A stretch of 64,000 nucleotides of DNA from assembly GCA_005790545.1 (NCBI GenBank), contig SXUL01000068.1, forward strand, positions 20,623-84,622, read 5' to 3'. The notes beneath the pieces are model-generated. The model had not been told where the DNA came from, did no database searches, and was given only the letters and a program-made list of their open reading frames with translations. Position 1 is the first letter of the stretch; the number at the start of each line of letters is the position of its first letter. Positions 35,514 to 44,820 of this stretch are shown piece by piece. The position numbers and the translations under genes are program-made. Source of the stretch: Planctomycetia bacterium (lineage in GTDB: Bacteria > Planctomycetota > GCA-002687715).

Positions 35514-36860
35514 ATGCTTCTCGACCCCGATGGCGGGGCGGAGTTCTCAATCCCCGTGAAGATCGCGATTCTTGGTGGTGGCATCACAGGTGTAACCGCA
35601 GCCCGGCAGCTCGCCGCCGCGGGGCACTCTCTCGCCCTCTTCGAAGCAGGCGATCGGCTGGCCGGACTCTGCGCCAGCAGTGTCATCGACGGCTTCGTCG
35701 CTGATCACGCGGGCGGGCACATCCTCTTCTCGAAGGACAAGGAAGTCCTCGAGTTCATGCTGAAGGCGCTGGACGGCATCGGATACCACACCACCCGACG
35801 CGAGACGGCCATCCGCCTGAAGGGGCGCTACGTGCACTATCCCTTCGAGAACGGGCTCGGCGATCTCGAGGATGGTGATCGCTTCACCTGCTTGAAGGAC
35901 TACATCCTTGCGTGGCACGAACGCCGTTCGGGTGCCAAGGCAGCGCAGGATTTTCATGCCTGGTGCCTGTGGCGCTTTGGAAGGGGTATCTGCGAGCTGT
36001 TCATGCACCCCTACAACGAGAAGATCTGGAACGTGCCGCTCAGCGAACTGGGCACGTTCTGGGTGGAGGGCCGCGTTCCGGATGCGCCGATGGAGGATGT
36101 TCTCAGGAGCGCGCTCGGCACGCGCACCGAGGGCTATGTGCATCAGTCGATGTTCCACTACCCGCTCAGCGGAGGGTTCGAATCACTGGTGAAGGGAATG
36201 GCGCGTGGCCTGCCCCCTGATGTCGTGCGCCTGCAGACGCCCGTGACGAGTGTCGCGCGGGACGGAGCGGGTTTCGCTGTGAATGGAGAGCACTTTGATC
36301 AGGTGGTTTCCACGATTCCACTGCAGAGTCTCGGACGGGTGCTTGCGGGTGTTCCGGCCGCGCTGAAGCAGAGCTTCGCTGCGCTCGATCACGTTTCGTT
36401 GCGCAACGTCTTCATTGCGCTGGAGAAGAAGGATGCTCCGCCACTCTCCTGGATCTACTTCCCGCATGAAGCGGATGGTCCCCAGAACCGGGTGACGTGG
36501 CTTTCGAACTACAGTCCGCAGAATGCTCCGGCCGGGATGAGTTCCGTGATGGCCGAAGTGACGTGGTATCGCAATGCGCCGGGGAATCCCGCTGCCACGA
36601 CGGAGGCTGTGCTGAATGGCCTGGTGAAGAATGGACTCTTCACACGCGACGCGGTCCGCTTCACCCGCGTGTTCGACGTGGAGCACGCCTACATCCTCTA
36701 CCGGCACGGTCTGGAGGCGGAACTCGCGAAGCTGCGGGCATACACCGAGTCGCTCGGGCTGCACGTGGTCGGCCGCTTCGGCAACTACAGCTACTTCAAT
36801 TCGGATGCTTGCGTGCGCGCGGCGCTGGACAAGGCCGCCGAGATCACTGCGCGGAGCTGA
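35514..36860 (+). CDS. FAD/NAD(P)-binding oxidoreductase, amine-oxidase / UDP-galactopyranose-mutase-like
   Basis: Dinucleotide fold KIAILGGGITGVTAARQLAAAGHSLALFEAGDRLAGL. It is a paralogue of 49039..50532. Its stop abuts the convergent stop at 36861 (TGATCA). Confidence 0.8.
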   Translation: MLLDPDGGAEFSIPVKIAILGGGITGVTAARQLAAAGHSLALFEAGDRLAGLCASSVIDGFVADHAGGHILFSKDKEVLEFMLKALDGIGYHTTRRETAIRLKGRYVHYPFENGLGDLEDGDRFTCLKDYILAWHERRSGAKAAQDFHAWCLWRFGRGICELFMHPYNEKIWNVPLSELGTFWVEGRVPDAPMEDVLRSALGTRTEGYVHQSMFHYPLSGGFESLVKGMARGLPPDVVRLQTPVTSVARDGAGFAVNGEHFDQVVSTIPLQSLGRVLAGVPAALKQSFAALDHVSLRNVFIALEKKDAPPLSWIYFPHEADGPQNRVTWLSNYSPQNAPAGMSSVMAEVTWYRNAPGNPAATTEAVLNGLVKNGLFTRDAVRFTRVFDVEHAYILYRHGLEAELAKLRAYTESLGLHVVGRFGNYSYFNSDACVRAALDKAAEITARS

Positions 36861-38759
36861 TCAGAAACTCGTGAGCACCATGTGCCGCGAGGCGGATGTG
36901 CCGAGCACAGCGCCCCCGGCGTCGCTCACTTCGATGCGCCACGTGACGATGAGAGGGTCGTCTGCAGCGAAGACCTCTGTCGGAAGCGGCCAGTCGCCGA
37001 GTCCTGCGCTGGCGAGGAGTGGCTGAAGCGGGAGTGTGAGAGCACCATCCGCATCGCGTCCGAGCAGTGCGAGAGGTACAGCCAAGCGCAGACTCCGTCC
37101 GGGCACATCGAGAAGCACGCAGGCGGAGGCAGCGGCCGCAGAGACGCGGGCACGCAATACGGGCGGGGCCGAAGCCCTGCCGAGATGAACCGCCTCTTGC
37201 GGCGCCAGGAGTTCGACGGGTGCACCCTCGCCAGGTGTTGCGGTGGGGGTGAGATCGTGCACCCAAGGGGCCTTCGGGAGTGCGCGCAACCAGCGCAGCT
37301 GAAGTTCCATTGCGGCAGCGGTCGCGGCGGACTTGGCAAACAACGCAGGCCACTCGGCTTTGCGATCGAGGACGAACGCCTCGGCATTGCGCGCGTCCAT
37401 GAGGTAGGGCTGCCGCATCAGAAACGGGAGGTAGCTGTCCACCGTGGGTGCGCCGCTGTGTTCCGTGGGAACGTTGAAGACAAGCGCCAGATCGTTCTTG
37501 GTGGTGGCGGCATGAATACCCTGTTGCAGGCCGCGGACGGATGCGCCAGCCTCGACGTAGTTCGCGACGGATCCTGTATAGAGCATGGCGAAGAGCAGCA
37601 GCGCTGGGGCTGCCATCAGGCCCGCCTTCACGGGCGAGAGTGACAGGTGCGCAAGACACGCACCCAGGCACCCGAGTGGCAACGCCATCAAGTGATAGGC
37701 ACTGCGCCCGTTGAGGAGGTTGGGAAAAATGATGAACACGAACAACACCGGCGCCCAACTCAGAGCCAGCCAGCTCACACTGCTGAGGGCGAGAGCAGGC
37801 AACCCGGTTCCGCGTGCCCGCGAAAGGAGCGCGGTGCCGAGTGCTGCGGCGAATGAAACGCCCATGAGCAGCGTGAAGAGGAATCCGAGCCCGAGCGCAG
37901 GACCGGCGTCGCTGAAGGGGAAGAACAGGAGCTTCAGCGTGCGACCGAGATGCTCGAAGGTCCCGTTGGCCTCTGCGTAGGCGCTCATCGATGGGGTGCC
38001 GGCGTATCCGCCGGAGAAGCGCCCGAAGATGAGCCAGCGGCAGGCGAAGTAGAGCGCGACCAGCACGAGACTGCCGATGACCGCGATGCGGACAGCCTTG
38101 AAGCGGGTGCCCGGGCTGCCGTGCTGCAAGGCGAGCAGTCCCAGCATGGGAAACACGGCGAGAGCATGTTCGCGCGAGAGCAATCCGAGAGCCGCGTACA
38201 CGAAGGCCAAGACCAGATGTCTCGTGCGTGTGCCGCGCAACCAATCCATCCACGCCGAGAGCGCGGCGAGGGAGAAACCGAGCCCGAAGACCACGGTGCG
38301 CTGAGTGGTCCAGAGGATCGCCTCCGGTGCCAGGGGATAGAGCGAGAACAAGAGCGCGCCGAGAAAAGCTGCGCGCGGTGCGAGCGGGCCCGCGAGCAGT
38401 CTGCGCAGCAGTGCCTCAAGCAGGAGGACATTCACCACGTGTCCGAGGATGTTCCAGATATGGAAGGCCGCGGCGTTCGCTCCGAAGAGGCAGTAGTCGA
38501 GACCCCAAGTGAGCGCGGGCACAGGGCGCCAGATGTCATCCCAAGTGCGCGCGGTGGGCCAAAGCAACTGGTCGAAGAACGCGCCAGGGAGAAAGTGGCC
38601 CTCGGCATCCGTGAACATGGCGAGGCTCAGGTCGTCCTTCAAGAAATAGACTTGGAAGCCGGCGGCCGTTGTGCCGAAGGCGACGGCGATGAGAGCGAAC
38701 AGCGCGCCGCGTGCGCGAGCGGGTGTCACGGACCGGCTCCCAGGAGGAAAGAGGTCCAT
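36861..38759 (-). CDS. GT-C-fold membrane protein, TMTC/PMT_2-like N-terminal domain plus uncharacterised C-terminal domain (copy A)
   Basis: Post-TM1 motif VYFLKDD, then WRPVPALTWGLDYCLFG...AAFHIWNILGHVVNVLLL. About 11 TM segments and a ~230-aa soluble C-terminus. The start is ATG 38759, or the GTG at 38729 that forms a GTGA overlap. Confidence 0.7.
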   Translation of the reverse strand: MDLFPPGSRSVTPARARGALFALIAVAFGTTAAGFQVYFLKDDLSLAMFTDAEGHFLPGAFFDQLLWPTARTWDDIWRPVPALTWGLDYCLFGANAAAFHIWNILGHVVNVLLLEALLRRLLAGPLAPRAAFLGALLFSLYPLAPEAILWTTQRTVVFGLGFSLAALSAWMDWLRGTRTRHLVLAFVYAALGLLSREHALAVFPMLGLLALQHGSPGTRFKAVRIAVIGSLVLVALYFACRWLIFGRFSGGYAGTPSMSAYAEANGTFEHLGRTLKLLFFPFSDAGPALGLGFLFTLLMGVSFAAALGTALLSRARGTGLPALALSSVSWLALSWAPVLFVFIIFPNLLNGRSAYHLMALPLGCLGACLAHLSLSPVKAGLMAAPALLLFAMLYTGSVANYVEAGASVRGLQQGIHAATTKNDLALVFNVPTEHSGAPTVDSYLPFLMRQPYLMDARNAEAFVLDRKAEWPALFAKSAATAAAMELQLRWLRALPKAPWVHDLTPTATPGEGAPVELLAPQEAVHLGRASAPPVLRARVSAAAASACVLLDVPGRSLRLAVPLALLGRDADGALTLPLQPLLASAGLGDWPLPTEVFAADDPLIVTWRIEVSDAGGAVLGTSASRHMVLTSF

Positions 38760-40606
38760 GCTCCACAGGCTGCCGCTGGCTTGCCCGGCTGAGCAAGCAC
38801 GGAGAGCTTCATTGACGCATCCACGTAACCAGGCGCCGTGAAGAGCGCAGCGAGGCGTTCTTGCCCTTCCACCGGGAAGATGCCCTCCATGGCCGCTGCG
38901 GGCACACGCACGAGCATGCTGTCGCCTTCGCGCGACGCTTCGAGTCCGCGCAGGTCCGGGAGTCTCAGCACGAACGCGCCCTCACCCGCTGGCACACCGA
39001 CTTCAAGCAGGATCCAATCGGGAAGGGTTGCTCCCGCCACGCGGAACGCGATGCGTGTGTCCGGATCGGGTACTCCGCCGCGGACGGGGAAGCGTGATCC
39101 ACTGGCGGGCTGCAGGACATCCAGTCCTCGCTGATCTGCGTTGCGCGCAGGAACGACAAAGGTCTCGGCATCAAAGCCCGGCGCAGTGCCCGTTCGCTCC
39201 CTCAAGGCCACGAGATGGAGGGGGCCTGCGCGCCGCGTCAGCGCGTGGGAGACGCCGAGGGGCGCTGCGAGTCGCATGTCGTGCTGCGGGCCGTTGGCCG
39301 GATGAAAATAGAGCGGGAAGTGGGTTGCACCTGCGCCGAACAGCGGCACCCCGCGCTGCGTCGCTGGGAGCGGTTGGAAGTGGGTGACGAGGACTGGCGC
39401 GCCCGCGGGGAGCGCCGCAATGGGTGCCGTTGCTTCGCTGATGCAGCGTGCGGACGTGTGATAGGCATCGAGGCGCTCCAGCCATCCACCCAGGAAGACG
39501 AGAAGTGTGGCTCCGAGGATGAGGCACGCGCCCCGTGGCAGCAGCGTCGCCAGCGTGAGGAGCAGCGCGGCACCGGGCAGCAGGAACTTTCGCGCGCCAT
39601 CGAGCCACTCATCCACAATGAGGGCAGGCAGCCCGGCGAGGAGCAGTGCCATGCCCCACGCCAGCATGGCCATGCGCTCGCGCGCGAGCGAGGCCCGGGA
39701 GCGCCAGAGGAGGGCAAGGCTGGTGGCAAGAATCGCGACCCCGCCAAGGAGAAGCAACCTCGATGTTGCGCCGTTGGATGCGAATGGGAGCAAGAACATC
39801 TTGAGCGTCTGCGGGAGTTGCCGGAGCACGCTGTCCAGTGGAAACGACTCAGCGCCAGCGCCGTAGCGCGGCAGCCACACACCCGTCGCAGCCCAGCGCG
39901 TGAAGAGCATCAGCAGCATGGGTAGCAGTGTCGCGCCGCAGAGCTTCCCGAGGATGTTCCGCCGCCTGTCCCCAGGGGCGAGGAACCAGATGGCAGGCAG
40001 GAGCGCGAACGCCTCCGTGAGTGCACTGTCTTTCGAGAGCGCTGCCGCGAAGGTGCATGAGGAGACCAGCACAGGGAAACCGTGTGCTCCTCGCTGGATC
40101 CAACGCAGTGCCGCCAACATGGCCGCAAGCAGGAAGAGGGCATTGAGCAGTGTGAAGCGGTGTGCGACCCAGACCACCGGCTCGACACTCCACGGTGCGA
40201 TCAGGATGGACGCACCCGCGAGGATGGCCGGCCAGCGGCCGTCAGGCCCCAGCAAGCGCTGCGCGATGGAGTAGAGCAGCCAGGCGATGCAGCCGTGGAG
40301 GAGCCCGGCGATCCAACGGTGGGCAGCGACACCCTGCCCCAGCACGTACTCGTCGAGGATGAGTGAGAACCACCCGAGCGGTCGCCAGTGGTCATTGAAG
40401 CGCACCTCGGGGCGGAGCCCGAGAGCGGTGTCGAGGCACTGCTCAGCCACCAATGCACCACTGTTGTCATGCAGCAGCGGGCCTGCCACGAGGTCGTCCA
40501 GCAGGAACGGGACGTCGCGCGTGAGGAGGGGTGTGAGGAGTCCGGCGCAGAGAAAAACGGTCAGGGCGAGGATCGAACGGGCCGGCAGAGCACCGCTCTT
40601 CAGCAT
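38726..40606 (-). CDS. GT-C-fold membrane protein, TMTC/PMT_2-like (copy B, paralogue of 36861..38759)
   Basis: Motifs VPFLLDD, then HWRPLGWFSLILDEYVLG...AAHRWIAGLLHGCIAWLLY. The architecture matches copy A. Confidence 0.7.
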   Translation of the reverse strand: MLKSGALPARSILALTVFLCAGLLTPLLTRDVPFLLDDLVAGPLLHDNSGALVAEQCLDTALGLRPEVRFNDHWRPLGWFSLILDEYVLGQGVAAHRWIAGLLHGCIAWLLYSIAQRLLGPDGRWPAILAGASILIAPWSVEPVVWVAHRFTLLNALFLLAAMLAALRWIQRGAHGFPVLVSSCTFAAALSKDSALTEAFALLPAIWFLAPGDRRRNILGKLCGATLLPMLLMLFTRWAATGVWLPRYGAGAESFPLDSVLRQLPQTLKMFLLPFASNGATSRLLLLGGVAILATSLALLWRSRASLARERMAMLAWGMALLLAGLPALIVDEWLDGARKFLLPGAALLLTLATLLPRGACLILGATLLVFLGGWLERLDAYHTSARCISEATAPIAALPAGAPVLVTHFQPLPATQRGVPLFGAGATHFPLYFHPANGPQHDMRLAAPLGVSHALTRRAGPLHLVALRERTGTAPGFDAETFVVPARNADQRGLDVLQPASGSRFPVRGGVPDPDTRIAFRVAGATLPDWILLEVGVPAGEGAFVLRLPDLRGLEASREGDSMLVRVPAAAMEGIFPVEGQERLAALFTAPGYVDASMKLSVLAQPGKPAAACGAWTSFLLGAGP

Positions 40607-41529
40607 CGGAGCAGTACATCCCGCGAAATGATGGCGCGATGGAGCGGCGGGCCTTCGGGAACGACGGCGTCAGGCAGCACAACGCACTCCGACATGTCGC
40701 GTGCTGCGATCCGTGCGCCGGCACCGACTGTGCAGAGCGCCAAGCGCTCAAGAGCAGCAACGTGCGCGGACGGATCGACAAGATTTGCGAGCCCCTCGTC
40801 GCGGAGATGATCCACATTGCCGTCGAGGAGATCGTGCGGGAAAGTGACGTTCAGATCGTGATCAATGACGTTGGCGGCCCGGACGCGCCCGCCATCCTCC
40901 ACGAGGATCTGGATACTGGTGGTGATTTCGTACTCATCGCGGAGCGCGGTGCGCGGCGTTCTCCGGATGCAGTCGAAGATGGCATCCGAGAAGACATAGA
41001 TGCCACAGCCCTTGAGCAGGTTCTTTGGACGGCGCGGCTTTTCGATGACACGCGTGACCAAGCCTTCGGGGCCCGTCTCGACGGTGAAATTCTTCTGCAC
41101 GACCTTGGGGTCGCTTTCCTCCTTCACGGCCAGCACACCCGCGAGGTTCTGTTGCCGGAAGAGCTCCACCATTTCGCCGATGCGCGTCGAGCGGTAGTGA
41201 ATGTCGCCAAGGCAGAGGAGGAAGTCTCCTTGAACGTGGCGCTCGGCTTGCCCGACCGCATGAGCGATGCCGAGAATCTGCTCCTGTTCGACGTAGGTGA
41301 TTTCGACACCAAACGCTTCGCCTCTTCCGAAGTGCGCAATGATGCGTTCCATCAGGTGACCGACCACCATGACCACGCGCCGGATGCCGAGACTGCGCAT
41401 CATGGCAATGTGGTGCCCGAGGATGGGCACGTTGCCGATGGGCAGGAGAGGCTTCGGGTACTGCGCATTGAAAGGGTCGATGCGCGAGCCTTTGCCCGCC
41501 GAGAGGATGACGCCCGTCAGTTCAGACAT
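40600..41529 (-). CDS. sugar-1-phosphate nucleotidyltransferase (NTP_transferase plus left-handed beta-helix tail)
   Basis: GVILSAGKGSRIDPFNAQYPKPLLPI, followed by hexapeptide-like C-terminal repeats. It overlaps both neighbours (8 nt and 7 nt). Confidence 0.85.
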   Translation of the reverse strand: MSELTGVILSAGKGSRIDPFNAQYPKPLLPIGNVPILGHHIAMMRSLGIRRVVMVVGHLMERIIAHFGRGEAFGVEITYVEQEQILGIAHAVGQAERHVQGDFLLCLGDIHYRSTRIGEMVELFRQQNLAGVLAVKEESDPKVVQKNFTVETGPEGLVTRVIEKPRRPKNLLKGCGIYVFSDAIFDCIRRTPRTALRDEYEITTSIQILVEDGGRVRAANVIDHDLNVTFPHDLLDGNVDHLRDEGLANLVDPSAHVAALERLALCTVGAGARIAARDMSECVVLPDAVVPEGPPLHRAIISRDVLLRC

Positions 41530-42319
41530 GTTGCGTTCCAGTTGCCGGTTGTGCTGTCACGGCCGGAAGCCCCGGCTCGACGCCACGCCGCGCGTTCGGG
41601 ATGGACCGTTGCAGGCGCTTTCTGAAGATGCAGCGGAACATCTTGAGCGCCGTGCGTGCGATGGCCAGCAGCCCGCGCGAGTGTTTGGATTCGCCGCCTT
41701 CGCGCCGCCCGTAGTGCACGGGAATCTCGATGACGCGCAAACGGTGCCGCAGCGCTTCGCAGATCATTTCGGGTGAGAAGCCGGGGCCGGCCTCACGGGT
41801 TCCGTCGCGGATGATGCGCCACGCGCTCTTGTGCAGCGTGCGATACGTGCAACCAACGTCTGTGAGGCGCGGTTCATTCGGGATGTACCAGAGCAGTTCC
41901 AGGATCTTCGCTGCGAGCACATTGCCCCAGCGGAGTTTCCTGTCCATGTTGGCGCCCTGTCCGACCATCTGTCGCGTTGTGCGCGTGCCGAGCACCATGG
42001 CACAGTCGTCGATGTAGGAGAGGAACTTGTCGATGTCCGTCGCCGCGAACGAGCCATCAGCCTCGGTGAGGATGAAGATGTCCCCGGTGGCTCGGTCCAT
42101 CCCGCAGCGGAGTGCATGCCCATAGCCAGCGGCGGATTCCTCGACCACACGCGCACCCGCGGCGAGAGCAATGGCCTGGGTCTTGTCGCGGCAGTTGTTG
42201 TCCACCACCAGCACTTCGTCGACCAGGCGATGCGCGCGGAACTGTCGCACCACGTCGCCGATGGTGGCCTCCTCGTTGTGCGCGGGAATGATGACGCTCA
42301 GCGTGCGGTTCTTCAGCAC
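41522..42319 (-). CDS. family 2 glycosyltransferase, DPM1/polyprenyl-phosphate sugar synthase-like
   Basis: LSVIIPAHNEEATIG, VVDNNCRDKT and TEADGSF. The ORF-track start at 42370 is a TTG. I prefer the GTG at 42319, which gives VLKNRTLSVIIP... and a 7-nt overlap with the upstream stop. Confidence 0.82.
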   Translation of the reverse strand: MLKNRTLSVIIPAHNEEATIGDVVRQFRAHRLVDEVLVVDNNCRDKTQAIALAAGARVVEESAAGYGHALRCGMDRATGDIFILTEADGSFAATDIDKFLSYIDDCAMVLGTRTTRQMVGQGANMDRKLRWGNVLAAKILELLWYIPNEPRLTDVGCTYRTLHKSAWRIIRDGTREAGPGFSPEMICEALRHRLRVIEIPVHYGRREGGESKHSRGLLAIARTALKMFRCIFRKRLQRSIPNARRGVEPGLPAVTAQPATGTQHV

Positions 42320-44820
42320 GGCAGGGACTCCGTCCCCCGATGGAGAACTCTCCACCCGAGGAGCATGCAAGCAATGGCAAGGAGGCTGAGCATGGCTCCG
42401 AAGTTCACGTCCGCATGACCATACTCGATGCGCACCACCCCGGCGCCGGCCGGAATGACGGTGAGCATGAGGGCTTGATCGGCGCGCACGAGGGGCAAAC
42501 GCGCGCCGTTGCCGTCGGAGGCCGTCCAGTGAGCGTCATGGCAGACCGCAATCAGTAGCGGCCGGGGCACCGGGTTGTGCTCAAAGTGGATCTCCATGAG
42601 GGTGGAATCGAAGTGCACGCGGAGAAGGGGCAAGGACGTGCCCTCTGGCACCGGAGCGGGGACTACAGTGATACCGGCAGCATCGGCCGCGTTGATGAAG
42701 GCCGCCTCTTCAGGGCGATAGTCCTTCGCCTTCAGGGCGCCGAGCACCGCGTGGTCATCCGCGAGGACTTCAAGGCGTCGAGGCATTTGCACAATGGGTT
42801 GCGCTCCGGGATTCTCGTAGATGGCGCAAAGTTCTGACGGGAACGCTTCCACCAGAGGCAACGGCAACTGGCCGCTCGAGAGAATCCAGCGTGCTCCGAG
42901 GAGATCCAGAACGCCATGCTGCAGCGCGTCCGGGGCATGGAATTCGCGGATCAAGTGATGAGCCACCGCTACGCCGGGCTCTGCGCACTCAAGCAGTGTT
43001 TCGTAGTCCTTCCGCAGCATGCCCTCGTAGCCATGAATGTCGTACAAACCGTGAAGCATGCCGAGATTGCTCGGCAAGGCCATGGGGCGGCCACGCGCTT
43101 CTGGCACATCGGTGGTCTCAGAGCGGAAGCGTGCGATGCGCCATGGAGCTCCCGGCACGGGACTGGCTGCGTGCGTGAGGGCGCGGAGTTTGGTGATGGT
43201 CGCGGTTTCCTCGAAGGGCGTTGCATCCTCCTGCGCAGGGTTGAGTGTCGCTTGGAGGAACATCCCCTCGGTCGCGATGAGGACGAGCAAGGCCGCAGTC
43301 GTCCAGCGCGGGAAGCTGAGTGCGATGGCGCCGGCGGCCATGAAGAGCGCGACAGGCACCGTGACGACGAGAACCCAGCGTGGCATGGCGGCAACCAGGC
43401 TGTCGTCCGCAAGGGAGGCCTTGTCATCGAGGATCGCCTTGAGGAACTCCGGGCCGCAGACAGCCATGCCGATGCACAGGAGCGGAAATGCGAGAGCCAC
43501 GGCGGCAGCGCTCACGAGCCTCCTTCTGGCAGCGGATTGCAATGCTGCTTCAAGACCGAAGGCGGCCAGAGCGCTGCTGCCGAGCACGGTCCAGAAGATC
43601 CAGCGTCGTGCGGATCCGAAGGAAAACCCCGGAATGCTGAGCAGAAGATCAAGGAGCGGCGTGGCCAGTGCGAGCAGCAATCCCGCTGCCGCGAACAAAG
43701 CAGCCCAACGCACGCGCCTGTCGCGGAAGGTCAGAAGCGCGAGGCAGGCGCAAAGCGTGCCGAGGGCGGAGACGCCGCACAGGCGTTCGATGTGACTGGC
43801 TCCGTGCAAGGAGAGCCCTGCCTTGCGCGCGATGGGGTGGTTGTGCTCCGTCACCTCGGGTGGAAGGAAGCCTGCATCCGGCCGCGCACCCTCGTACAAG
43901 CGCGCTGGAGCACCGAGCAAGTCGGGCACGAACCAACCCGTGAGTTCAAGGGGCCGCATGGCCGAAGCCTTCAACTCGTCGGCAGTGATGGCGGCCCTTC
44001 CCGAGTTCTTGCTCATGGCGAAGCCTGGCAGAAGGACCGGGAGAGTGAGTGCGAGTCCGATGGCCATGGCGCCGAGAGTGAACAGTGCGCGGCGGCGCGT
44101 CGTGGCAACGGGTGTCTCGCGCCATGAACCAACGAGTGCACCGACGGCAAGCAATCCGGCGGCCGTTGCGGTCACCAAGGTGAGTTGCGGCAGGCCGCCG
44201 AAGAAGGAGAACGCGAACCCGAGCGGCAGCGTGAGGAACCCCGAGGCTCTGCCATGCCGCGCAAGTTGCCACGCGCCGTGCAGGATGAGAGGTGCCCACG
44301 CAGCGCTTTCGACAAAGGGAAAGACATCCTGGTGTCCAATGAACCACGGAGTGGTGCTGAAAAGCGCCGCGCCCAGCAGCACCGCACGGTCGTCCTTGAC
44401 CCAGCAGCGGAGCGCGAGACGCGCGGTCAACCCGGCGATCCAGCCGTGCAGGATGGCGCTCGCAAGCACAGCGCTCGCCAGTGGCAGCAGCCACAGGAGG
44501 ACGGTCGTGAAACTGAAGACAGCCGTGTCGAGCGTGCCGAGGAAAGGTGTGCCGCAGAGAATCTGCTGGTTGTGAAGGAGATCCCCCGACTGCGCGAGGC
44601 CTGTGCGCCCGATGCGTTGCCAATTGGGCCAACTGAAGACGGCACGATCCGTGCCCGCGAAGTCCTGTCCGCAGGCGGATGGTGCACCGGTCCAGGGCGG
44701 GGCGGCGGAATCCGCGACTGGCAGAAGCACTCCTCCCATCACGAGCACGGGAAGGAATACAACGCACTGCACCGCGAGGAGCAGCAGTGCATCGCGGAGA
44801 GCGCTGCTCTTCCTCATCAT
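42313..44820 (-). CDS. YfhO-family membrane protein (GT-C-like), copy A
   Basis: The ATG at 44820 (MMRKSSALRDALLLL...) forms an ATGA overlap with the upstream gene. The protein has many TM segments. It has PSNLGMLHGLYDIHGYEGM and a C-terminal block HDAHWTASDGNGARLPLVRADQALMLTVIPAGAGVVRIEYG followed by a final TM, all typical of YfhO. Confidence 0.8.
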   Translation of the reverse strand: MMRKSSALRDALLLLAVQCVVFLPVLVMGGVLLPVADSAAPPWTGAPSACGQDFAGTDRAVFSWPNWQRIGRTGLAQSGDLLHNQQILCGTPFLGTLDTAVFSFTTVLLWLLPLASAVLASAILHGWIAGLTARLALRCWVKDDRAVLLGAALFSTTPWFIGHQDVFPFVESAAWAPLILHGAWQLARHGRASGFLTLPLGFAFSFFGGLPQLTLVTATAAGLLAVGALVGSWRETPVATTRRRALFTLGAMAIGLALTLPVLLPGFAMSKNSGRAAITADELKASAMRPLELTGWFVPDLLGAPARLYEGARPDAGFLPPEVTEHNHPIARKAGLSLHGASHIERLCGVSALGTLCACLALLTFRDRRVRWAALFAAAGLLLALATPLLDLLLSIPGFSFGSARRWIFWTVLGSSALAAFGLEAALQSAARRRLVSAAAVALAFPLLCIGMAVCGPEFLKAILDDKASLADDSLVAAMPRWVLVVTVPVALFMAAGAIALSFPRWTTAALLVLIATEGMFLQATLNPAQEDATPFEETATITKLRALTHAASPVPGAPWRIARFRSETTDVPEARGRPMALPSNLGMLHGLYDIHGYEGMLRKDYETLLECAEPGVAVAHHLIREFHAPDALQHGVLDLLGARWILSSGQLPLPLVEAFPSELCAIYENPGAQPIVQMPRRLEVLADDHAVLGALKAKDYRPEEAAFINAADAAGITVVPAPVPEGTSLPLLRVHFDSTLMEIHFEHNPVPRPLLIAVCHDAHWTASDGNGARLPLVRADQALMLTVIPAGAGVVRIEYGHADVNFGAMLSLLAIACMLLGWRVLHRGTESLPC

